Below, piece by piece: positions 49,930 through 57,599 of a stretch of 64,000 nt of DNA. Every line of letters begins with the position of its first letter. Position 1 is the first letter of the stretch. A model generated the notes under the pieces. It saw only the letters and a list, made by a program, of their open reading frames with translations, was not told the DNA's origin and did not search any database. The stretch is from the NCBI GenBank assembly GCA_037445555.1, contig JBBIKG010000012.1:14016-78015 (forward strand), written 5' to 3'. Both the position numbers and the translations under genes were made by a program. The DNA comes from Lentimicrobiaceae bacterium (GTDB lineage Bacteria; Bacteroidota; Bacteroidia; Bacteroidales; JAAYJT01).

Positions 49930-50970
49930 TTAATTGAGTGAGGCTAATGTGTTAAGAAGCAGCGCTCTTGTGAGCCGGTAATTATGCGCTCCACTACTGC
50001 CATCGTATGCAATGAACCTATAATTCATAACAGCGGCAGCTTCCATCTGGGTCATTGTTCTGGGAACAGGGATTAGATCCTGATCATTGAGAAGGCCTTT
50101 TTGCAGTAATCTGGTCTTAAGCTGAGAAATCAATCCCTGAATTTCGGTCCTGTTTTGAGCCAACACAGTAGTGATCGCTGTAACATTGCTATGGCAGCCC
50201 GATGCACCACAACCCGTATATTGATATGCAGTTGCGCCTGCAGTATTTGTATATTTTACATTCATTTGATGCCCTCCCGCCCAGATTCCTGTTGCAGTAG
50301 ACATATGGCAAGTAACACATCCGTTAGTAACGGCTGTAGTATGAGCTGAATTCAGGTAGGGCTGTGTGCCAGGAATTTGGAATGGGCCTCTGCCTGATAG
50401 CATGTTGGCTTGCGGGCCATAGTGGGGACCATACCGGGCATTTGTAATCGTAATATTAGCGCCCCCGCTTACCGGATATGGCGAGATGGGTCGTGCTTGA
50501 TGGCAATTTGCACATAGGTTCGAATTATTGTAGCTGTAATTAGCTTCGCCAACGCTAAGTGCTACCGCTTGTTTTGTGCGCAATGCGTAATCGTTAACGG
50601 TATACGACTCATGGATCGGGTGGCATGTCCGGCAATTTATTGGTGTAGGATTATCAACGATAGCTGTTGTTCCATCCTTAATGAAGTTACGAAACCCCAT
50701 ACTAGTATGGCACCTTGAGCAAGTGGCGGAATTTTGCGTCACATTTATTCCGCTTGCATGTTTTGATTTGGAGTATTGGGCAATTTTTGAGGTAAGCAGT
50801 TCCGACAGGTTATGGCACCCGCTGCAGCTTTCTGCACCGTCTTTACCATCAATACCATCAAGTCCTGGTTTGCCCTCGGGCCCCTCTTTTGTGCAGCTGC
50901 TGATCATGATACTACCAAACAGAAATATAATCAACGCAGTTTGAATGACAAGTGAATGTTGCTTTTTCAT
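49930..50970 (-). CDS. multiheme cytochrome c lipoprotein (5 CxxCH plus 1 CX4CH)
   Basis: ISSC lipobox, six Gly-X-Y triplets, CSGCH, CSRCH, CRTCH, CANCH, CVTCH, CGASGCH; C-terminal DGSSGAHN helical region. Confidence 0.9.
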   Translation of the reverse strand: MKKQHSLVIQTALIIFLFGSIMISSCTKEGPEGKPGLDGIDGKDGAESCSGCHNLSELLTSKIAQYSKSKHASGINVTQNSATCSRCHTSMGFRNFIKDGTTAIVDNPTPINCRTCHPIHESYTVNDYALRTKQAVALSVGEANYSYNNSNLCANCHQARPISPYPVSGGANITITNARYGPHYGPQANMLSGRGPFQIPGTQPYLNSAHTTAVTNGCVTCHMSTATGIWAGGHQMNVKYTNTAGATAYQYTGCGASGCHSNVTAITTVLAQNRTEIQGLISQLKTRLLQKGLLNDQDLIPVPRTMTQMEAAAVMNYRFIAYDGSSGAHNYRLTRALLLNTLASLN

Positions 50971-50987
50971 AAGGATACGGTATTTGT

Positions 50988-51656
50988 TTAATTTGTTTTA
51001 TTGTTGTTTTTTGTATCAGGTGTTGTGGTTTCTGTATCGTGCTCCTCGTGATATCCGGTGATGATGGTTTTAAAACCCTTAGTTGGACTGGGGCCGATGG
51101 TGATCACATATAGATGGATGATCAGGAAAATGGATATAAAGAAGCCGGCGATTGAATGAACCAGACTTGTCAGCATGATCCCGCTGTAGCCAAAAACATT
51201 CAGAACGATGGTTTCCGGATATATCAAGGCCCAACCTGTAATAAAGGTAATGGGGGTGATGGCATGCATGATTACGAAATATGTGATCTGCTGAATCGGA
51301 TTAAACTTTCTCTCCTCAGTTATCCGAAACGGATTTTTTTCGCCACGAAATATTCCAAAAAGATAATAGCGGAGTTGCCTGGTAAAAGCCACAAAGAAAT
51401 TTTCTGTTCGCACGACATAGTAGCGTCCGATGGTAGTAAACAATACTCCGATAAGAAAGAGAAAATACGAGATGGTGAGCGAAACGCCGCAAAGATTGTG
51501 AATCCTCACGGCGATATCAAAACGAATAAGCGGATAAGCAGGATCGGAGTATTGCATACTGATCCCCGTGGCTATCAAAAAAATCATCAAAACAGCATTA
51601 ACATGATGCCAGATACGAAGCCACAAGGGGTATAGGTAAAGTTTTTTACTCGTCAT
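50988..51656 (-). CDS. diheme cytochrome b, membrane quinol-interacting subunit (CbcB/PhsC-like)
   Basis: RIWHHVNA, RIHN, KFNPIQ, LVHS, IIHLY, IITG; four TM helices; overlaps the upstream heptaheme gene. Confidence 0.88.
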   Translation of the reverse strand: MTSKKLYLYPLWLRIWHHVNAVLMIFLIATGISMQYSDPAYPLIRFDIAVRIHNLCGVSLTISYFLFLIGVLFTTIGRYYVVRTENFFVAFTRQLRYYLFGIFRGEKNPFRITEERKFNPIQQITYFVIMHAITPITFITGWALIYPETIVLNVFGYSGIMLTSLVHSIAGFFISIFLIIHLYVITIGPSPTKGFKTIITGYHEEHDTETTTPDTKNNNKTN

Positions 51657-52645
51657 TTTCCCCTCCTGTATTTTAAATAGCGCAATGTGGCATGCAACGC
51701 TATACCTGCCAGCACCATCCCGAAAATAACTACACTGATGAGGTTAAAATAGTAATTTCTGTTCGCTCCTATTATGTAAGCATCTCCGGTGATGGAGGCA
51801 TTAAAAAATCCATACTTGTTCCGTCGCTCAATGATTTGGTGTTTGTAGAGTGATGCCAGCAAAATGGAATTTGTCGAATGGCAGTCCACGCAGTTCTTCA
51901 CCGCCTCATCGGCAGGCTTGACGTGATGCGCTACTAAGATATCTTTATTTACTTGCGCATGGCAATCAATACATCGCACCTTGCGAAAATGAAGGCTTTG
52001 ATTGGGCAGCCAGTCGTGCTTCGAAAGCATGTTAGTAAGCTGATTTTCGATAATCACAGCATAATGGCTTATATCGCCGTGACAACCTAAACACATGGAG
52101 TTATTGTAAGCAACCAGGTCGACAATGCTTTCTTGTGTACGAACGGTGGACCGGTAGGTGTGTGGGTTGTGGCAACTCCAGCAACTAAAACGGGGTATCA
52201 GATGCTCAGCGTGAACGCTGCTACTAAACTCTTTTTCGATAGTCTCGAAATGGAAATCGGCAAAATGTTGGTCATTGGCGTGGCAGTCCATACACGAATA
52301 CCTGACTTCAAACTTGACGCTCACCGGATGGGGGTGTATTTCGTAATCAGGAGAGTGACAGTCAGTACATGAAAAATGACCGTGTGTGGCTTTTGCGTAT
52401 CGTTTTGGATCGATTCTCAATTCTTCATACATCTTCATTGTAATCGACTCGCCTGTTTTTTCATCGGCGAACGTATAGGTTGAGGACCCGTGACAACGCA
52501 GGCAGGCATGATCGCTGTAATCTTCCTGCGGCTCAACCAGCAAGGTGGTTGCTCTTGCCGAAATCAACCAGACAATGAGAATCGGCGTTAGCCACAATGG
52601 CCATTTAACCCATGACGTCGGTTTTCGTTTTACTGAGGGTTTCAT
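51653..52645 (-). CDS. heptaheme cytochrome c with C-terminal membrane anchor (CbcA-like)
   Basis: CLRCH, CTDCH, CMDCH, CWSCH, CLGCH, CIDCH, CVDCH; N-terminal signal; C-terminal TM containing a His (IALHATLR). Confidence 0.88.
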   Translation of the reverse strand: MKPSVKRKPTSWVKWPLWLTPILIVWLISARATTLLVEPQEDYSDHACLRCHGSSTYTFADEKTGESITMKMYEELRIDPKRYAKATHGHFSCTDCHSPDYEIHPHPVSVKFEVRYSCMDCHANDQHFADFHFETIEKEFSSSVHAEHLIPRFSCWSCHNPHTYRSTVRTQESIVDLVAYNNSMCLGCHGDISHYAVIIENQLTNMLSKHDWLPNQSLHFRKVRCIDCHAQVNKDILVAHHVKPADEAVKNCVDCHSTNSILLASLYKHQIIERRNKYGFFNASITGDAYIIGANRNYYFNLISVVIFGMVLAGIALHATLRYLKYRRGK

Positions 52646-52663
52646 CTCTCTGCACTTAGTTCT

Positions 52664-52704
52664 AAAAAGAAGTAACCCGGATGAGGCTACTGTCCTTCAT
52701 CCCG
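52664..52704 (-). terminator. intra-operon hairpin with U-rich tail
   Basis: Minus strand GGATGAAGG-ACAGTAG-CCTCATCC followed by GGGTTACTTCTTTTT. Confidence 0.5.
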
Positions 52705-52705
52705 T

Positions 52706-53128
52706 CTACTTTTTCAGCGTTCGGATAAAATTCACAATAGCCCATCTCTCCTCTTCGTCGGGAATTGGCTTTTCAAAATTGGGCATTTCGTCGCGACCGA
52801 AAAATGACATATAATAAATCTCTCCGTCAGAAAGTTTCTGAAAGTCTTCTTTCGAAAAATCTCCCGAGAACGTCTTCAGGGTATTAGCCCGGGGGCCATC
52901 GCCCAATCCAGTGTTTCCATGACACGAGCGGCAGTGTTTTGCCCAAGCTGTCTTTCCGAGTTTGATCAGAGAGGCATCCCCCTTGTGTGGGTTCTTCATT
53001 TTTTTGTACGTGTCGGGGATGTTCCAGGGTGCTCCAAGTTTCTGTTCCTGTGGAGCAATAAAAGCCATAAAAGCGAGTGTGGCAATGGCTGCCATCATCA
53101 TCTTCAATCCATTATTCATTCTATTCAA
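52706..53128 (-). CDS. periplasmic monoheme cytochrome c
   Basis: Signal peptide, KNP, CRSCHG..GLGDGP, SDGEIYY, distal Met in EMPNF. Confidence 0.9.
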   Translation of the reverse strand: MNRMNNGLKMMMAAIATLAFMAFIAPQEQKLGAPWNIPDTYKKMKNPHKGDASLIKLGKTAWAKHCRSCHGNTGLGDGPRANTLKTFSGDFSKEDFQKLSDGEIYYMSFFGRDEMPNFEKPIPDEEERWAIVNFIRTLKK

Positions 53129-53146
53129 AGTTTAAGTTTGTTACTA

Positions 53147-54016
53147 TTAGAAGCCCCAAAGCCGGTTGATCGAAAAACCGAACATAAGGTCTCCTCTGGT
53201 CCAGTCATAATTATTATATAGTGCATTGTGCTGAGGAATCATACCGTCAGCCGACGTCACATAAATATGAAAAGCATGGGTGGTGGTTTTAATTTCCCAG
53301 CCAATGCCCAGGTTTGGTTTGGCCAAATCTTTAAATTCACGGTGCTCCCTTATTCCATCAACTTTCAGCGGAATATCGTATTGGAAAAGAATTGAAGATT
53401 GAGGCGAGAATTTGATTCTTCCATTAAAACCCAAGGCAATTTTGTCATGATCGATACCGGGTTGTGTGATGTTGAAATGAGTGAAGCTGACATTGGCCTG
53501 AACCGATAACCAGTCGGTGAATTTGCGGCCTACGATCAACTGTGAAAAGTAAGAGAATCGATTGGTGAATTGGTAATTTTTCCCAAACAGTTCTTCATTC
53601 CTGCCATCTATGGTCATGTTGGCATATATTCCAACGGCAACCGGAATGGTATTTCGCCTGGTTTGTTCCAGGATGGTGTATTTCACTGAAAAATCGCTGT
53701 ACATATTTACCCTGCTGAGGCCATAACCTACCTGCAGGTTTTTTATCGGTACATAGGACAGAGCAAGTCTAATGTTTGCTCCGGGGGCATAAATTCCGAA
53801 TAAATCGGAAAAACCGTTTGCCATGGTTCCAAACTTATGCTGAATAAGCAATTCCAGCGAATTGGATGGTGGAACAACCGTGGTTTGGTTGTCGATCAAG
53901 ATGCCAGTTTCGAATGGCGACCTCACAGGTCTGTCCTTTGGTTTCTCTTCCGGCTCCTGGGCAATCAATCCTAAAACTGATAGAAGGAAGCATGCATTGA
54001 TGAAATATTTTTTCAT
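53147..54016 (-). CDS. outer-membrane beta-barrel protein (DUF5777-like)
   Basis: Signal peptide; F....LID.QT, IQHKFG, GANIRL, RFSYFSQLIVGRKF, HAFHI, FGFSINRLWGF C-terminus. Confidence 0.78.
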   Translation of the reverse strand: MKKYFINACFLLSVLGLIAQEPEEKPKDRPVRSPFETGILIDNQTTVVPPSNSLELLIQHKFGTMANGFSDLFGIYAPGANIRLALSYVPIKNLQVGYGLSRVNMYSDFSVKYTILEQTRRNTIPVAVGIYANMTIDGRNEELFGKNYQFTNRFSYFSQLIVGRKFTDWLSVQANVSFTHFNITQPGIDHDKIALGFNGRIKFSPQSSILFQYDIPLKVDGIREHREFKDLAKPNLGIGWEIKTTTHAFHIYVTSADGMIPQHNALYNNYDWTRGDLMFGFSINRLWGF

Positions 54017-54034
54017 GGTCGGTGTCTGTTGATA

Positions 54035-54412
54035 TTAGTTGTTTTGTGCTCCCTGCTTGATCCAGTTCAATACCAATGATGCCTGTGCAGGCGTGTATTT
54101 CTTAAATCCATGTCCGGAAGAGGCTGGGTTGGGGTATGTGTAAATCTTACTGGATTCGGGGTTGGCTAACTTAACCAGTGATGGCACTATGGAATTGTAA
54201 GCCCGGTCAGTGGTAAGATCGGGCGGCTGCGAACCTGCCTTGTGGCAAGCCGTACAATTGTTGTTTGCATTGAAAATGGGGATTATTTCCGTTGAGAATT
54301 TCACCGTAACAGAGGGGTCAGAAGTGTCTGTTTCGATGAACTCGTATTCGCAGGAAGTCATTGCAAGGAAAATTATCAGCAAGGCACCAATTAAAAACCA
54401 TTTTGTTTTCAT
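54035..54412 (-). CDS. monoheme cytochrome c lipoprotein
   Basis: MTSC lipobox, F..EIIPIF...CTACH, PESSKIY, WIKQGAQNN. Confidence 0.82.
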   Translation of the reverse strand: MKTKWFLIGALLIIFLAMTSCEYEFIETDTSDPSVTVKFSTEIIPIFNANNNCTACHKAGSQPPDLTTDRAYNSIVPSLVKLANPESSKIYTYPNPASSGHGFKKYTPAQASLVLNWIKQGAQNN

Positions 54413-54498
54413 GTTTCAGAGTATTTCTGGTATCACAAAACAACCAAATATCTACATATAAGATAATTAATATCCCATGAAAAAGACATTGGTTTCTA

Positions 54499-54533
54499 TT
54501 GATATTTGTCACAGATGGATTGATCTATATCAG
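54499..54533. promoter_or_regulatory. two tandem FNR/CRP-like boxes in the divergent promoter region
   Basis: TTGAT-ATTT-GTCAC (54499-54512) and TTGAT-CTAT-ATCAG (54520-54533) versus FNR consensus TTGAT-N4-ATCAA; TACCTTTG -7 element at 54556-54563. Confidence 0.65.
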
Positions 54534-54619
54534 TGCATATTGTGGTCAATATAATTACCTTTGCGCCTTCATGGATGCAAATTGTCCGTTTTAATATTAC
54601 TTTCCGACATATAAACACT

Positions 54620-55312
54620 ATGGGGAAATTGGCAAACTTATCATGCCTGGGCTGCCTGAAAAGATCGGAAATATTCAACTCTTTGATCGAATCCGAACTC
54701 GAAATGATTGATTGTCACAGGGTAAGCGTTAATTACTCCGCTGGCGAGATTCTTTTCAAACAGGGAACCCCCTGCTATAACTTTACCTGCATTACATCGG
54801 GTATGGTAAAATTATATATTGAACACGACGACCATCACAAGACCATAGTCGGGTTGGTCAGGCCTGTAGACTACATTTTTGTACCCGGAGCTTATGTCGA
54901 TCAGCGTCATCACTTTACTGCGGTTGCCTGTGAACCAACCACAGCCTGCCTTATCGATACCCATATTTTTCGCGACCTGGTGAGGCTGAACCCGCAGTTT
55001 GCAAATGATTTCATTACTAAATTAAGCAACCAAGCCATTGCTCTTTTGGATAGGATCTCGGGGTTCTCGCACAAGCATATTTTTGGCCGGATGGCCGAAA
55101 CCTTGCTCTACCTTGCCAACCATATTTATAAAAGCAATATCTTCGATCTTACCCTTTCGCGGCAGGATTTGGCTGACCTGTCGGATATGACCAAAGAAAG
55201 CGCCATCAGAGTGCTGAAGAAATTCAAGGATGATGGGATCATCCGACTTGAATCTAATCACATCGAGATCATAAATACGACCATGCTCGAATCCGTTAGC
55301 CGCACGGGATGA
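54620..55312 (+). CDS. Crp/Fnr family transcriptional regulator, Cys-rich
   Basis: N-terminal CLGC, cNMP-binding fold (LFKQG, SGMVKLY), HTH LSRQDLADLSDMTKESAIRVL. Confidence 0.92.
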   Translation: MGKLANLSCLGCLKRSEIFNSLIESELEMIDCHRVSVNYSAGEILFKQGTPCYNFTCITSGMVKLYIEHDDHHKTIVGLVRPVDYIFVPGAYVDQRHHFTAVACEPTTACLIDTHIFRDLVRLNPQFANDFITKLSNQAIALLDRISGFSHKHIFGRMAETLLYLANHIYKSNIFDLTLSRQDLADLSDMTKESAIRVLKKFKDDGIIRLESNHIEIINTTMLESVSRTG

Positions 55313-55431
55313 GATGTCAAGGGGGCGGCAACCTGCTACACAATCAATATTGGTGCGGAGCTTGCGCATTTGGCACTTTTTCATAATTTTGCAGCCCTTT
55401 TCGACCCATAAACAATTTAATTTCAAACATA

Positions 55432-57567
55432 ATGAAGGTTTATAAAACTAATGAGGTAAGGAATGTGGCCCTTATCGGTAGTGCAAAATCGGGCAAGACT
55501 ACATTGGCCGAATCGATGTTGTTCGAAGGTGGATTGATCAACCGCCGCGGCAGTGTTGACGATAAAAATACCGTTTCAGACTATCGAGAGATTGAGCTGG
55601 AGCGCCAGAATTCAGTATCATCCACTGTGTTGTATGCCGAATATCAGGGGCATAAACTCAATATCATCGACACCCCAGGATTTGACGATTTTGTGGGCGA
55701 GGTTGTTGCATCATTGTATGTGGCCGACTCAGCCATAATGGTAGTAAACGCACAGAACGGGATTGAAGTGGGTACCGAAATTCACTGGAGACATACGGTC
55801 AAAAACAACACGCCGGTTATTTTTGCCATCAATCACCTGGAACATGAAAAATCGAGCTTTGAGGAAACCACGCGCCAGCTTAAACAGCAGTTCGGCAACA
55901 GTGTCACCATAGCTCAGTACCCGGTTAATGAAGGCCACAGCTTCAACAGCATCATCGACCTGCTGAAGATGAAGATGTTCAAGTACCCTTCAGGTGGGGG
56001 CAAACCCGAGGTTCTGGATATTCCAGCCTCTGAAAAAGAAAAAGCCGAAAGCTTTCAGGCCATTCTGATTGAAAATGCAGCAGAGAATGACGAAAGCCTC
56101 ATGGAAACCTTCTTCGAAAACGGAACACTTAACGAAGAAGAAATTAAGCGGGGTCTGAAACTCGGCATTACAAACCGTGGTTTGTTTCCTGTGTTTTGTA
56201 TTGGAGCCAAGCCATTCATCGGAATTGGCCGGTTAATGGAATTTCTGATCAGCTCAATGCCTGCGCCTGCTGACGCTCCGGCCAAGAAAACCACTGCCGG
56301 CAAGGATTTGAAATGCAACGCTGCTGAGCCGACTTCCGCGTTCATTTTTAAAACATCTATTGAACCGCATCTGGGCGAAGTGTCATTCTTTAAAGTTTAT
56401 GCCGGCGAAATGGCCGAAGGAACCGACATGGTTAACGGCATTACCGGGAATAAGGAAAGAATAACACAGCTTTACGCTGTGGCTGGCAAAAGCCGCGAAA
56501 AAGTTGAAAAGGTAATGGCCGGCGACATCGGAGCCACCATTAAGCTTAAAAGCGCACGCACCAACCAAACCTTAAACAGCCCCAAAAACTCGGATGACGT
56601 TATTTCGCCTATCGTATTTCCGGAGCCAAAAATCCGTATGGCAGTGAAGGCAAAGAACTCAACCGACGACGAAAAACTGGGTGGCATCCTGAACGAAATG
56701 AATAAGATGGACCCCACACTTATCGCACAACAGTCGAAAGAACTGCGCCAGCTTATCGTGGAAGGGCAGGGCGAGTTGCACCTCAACATCGCCAAATGGC
56801 ATATCGAAACAATGGAGAAGATTGCCATAGAGTATATCGCTCCAAAAATTCCTTATCGCGAAACCATTACCAAGCAGTCAAAATCGATGTATCGCCACAA
56901 GAAACAGTCGGGTGGTGCCGGTCAGTTTGGTGAAGTGCACATGCTTATCCAGCCTTATACAGAAGACATGCAGAAACCTACCGAGTTCCCGGTCAGGGGC
57001 ACCGAAGAACACGAAATGACTTGGGGAGGCAAGCTCATCTTCAACAACTGTATTGTTGGGGGTGCCATTGATGCGCGTTTTATGCCTGCCATTCTGAAGG
57101 GAATTATGGAAAAAATGGAACAGGGCCCGCTCACTGGGTCCTATGCACGCGACATCGCTGTGTATATCTACGATGGCAAGATGCATCCGGTCGACTCAAA
57201 TGAAATATCGTTTAAGCTGGCCGGCCGTAACGCCTTCAAGGAAGCCTTCAAAAATGCAGGACCAAAGATTCTTGAGCCTATCTACGACGTTGAGGTTATC
57301 GTTCCCGAAGACAAGATGGGTGATGTGATGACCGATCTTCAAGGCCGCCGTGCCGTTATAATGGGTATGGACAGCGAAGGGAACTACCAGAAAATAAAGG
57401 CCAAGGTCCCCCTGGCCGAAATGAATCGTTATTCCACCTCGCTCAGTTCAATCACCAGCGGAAGGGCTACCTACAACCTGCGGTTTGCCGAGTACACTCA
57501 GGTTCCGCCCGATGTTCAAACTGCACTGCTCAAAACTTACGAAGAGCAGGAATCGGATGAGGATTAG
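55432..57567 (+). CDS. elongation factor G paralog (EF-G2 type)
   Basis: EF-G domains with HKKQSGGAGQFG, DGKMHPVDSNE, LEPIY; divergent G motifs (GSAKSGKT, DTPGF, NHLE). Confidence 0.93.
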   Translation: MKVYKTNEVRNVALIGSAKSGKTTLAESMLFEGGLINRRGSVDDKNTVSDYREIELERQNSVSSTVLYAEYQGHKLNIIDTPGFDDFVGEVVASLYVADSAIMVVNAQNGIEVGTEIHWRHTVKNNTPVIFAINHLEHEKSSFEETTRQLKQQFGNSVTIAQYPVNEGHSFNSIIDLLKMKMFKYPSGGGKPEVLDIPASEKEKAESFQAILIENAAENDESLMETFFENGTLNEEEIKRGLKLGITNRGLFPVFCIGAKPFIGIGRLMEFLISSMPAPADAPAKKTTAGKDLKCNAAEPTSAFIFKTSIEPHLGEVSFFKVYAGEMAEGTDMVNGITGNKERITQLYAVAGKSREKVEKVMAGDIGATIKLKSARTNQTLNSPKNSDDVISPIVFPEPKIRMAVKAKNSTDDEKLGGILNEMNKMDPTLIAQQSKELRQLIVEGQGELHLNIAKWHIETMEKIAIEYIAPKIPYRETITKQSKSMYRHKKQSGGAGQFGEVHMLIQPYTEDMQKPTEFPVRGTEEHEMTWGGKLIFNNCIVGGAIDARFMPAILKGIMEKMEQGPLTGSYARDIAVYIYDGKMHPVDSNEISFKLAGRNAFKEAFKNAGPKILEPIYDVEVIVPEDKMGDVMTDLQGRRAVIMGMDSEGNYQKIKAKVPLAEMNRYSTSLSSITSGRATYNLRFAEYTQVPPDVQTALLKTYEEQESDED

Positions 57568-57570
57568 TAT

Positions 57571-57599
57571 AAAAAAACCCGGGGCTACCGGGTTTTTTT
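57571..57599. terminator. bidirectional intrinsic terminator
   Basis: AAAAAAACCCGG-GGCTA-CCGGGTTTTTTT between convergent genes. Confidence 0.88.

Noticed and set aside
49930-52645. NrfAH nitrite reductase or hydrogenase/formate dehydrogenase module
   Set aside because: No CxxCK motif, no NapC/NrfH tetraheme, and no catalytic or Fe-S subunits in the cluster.
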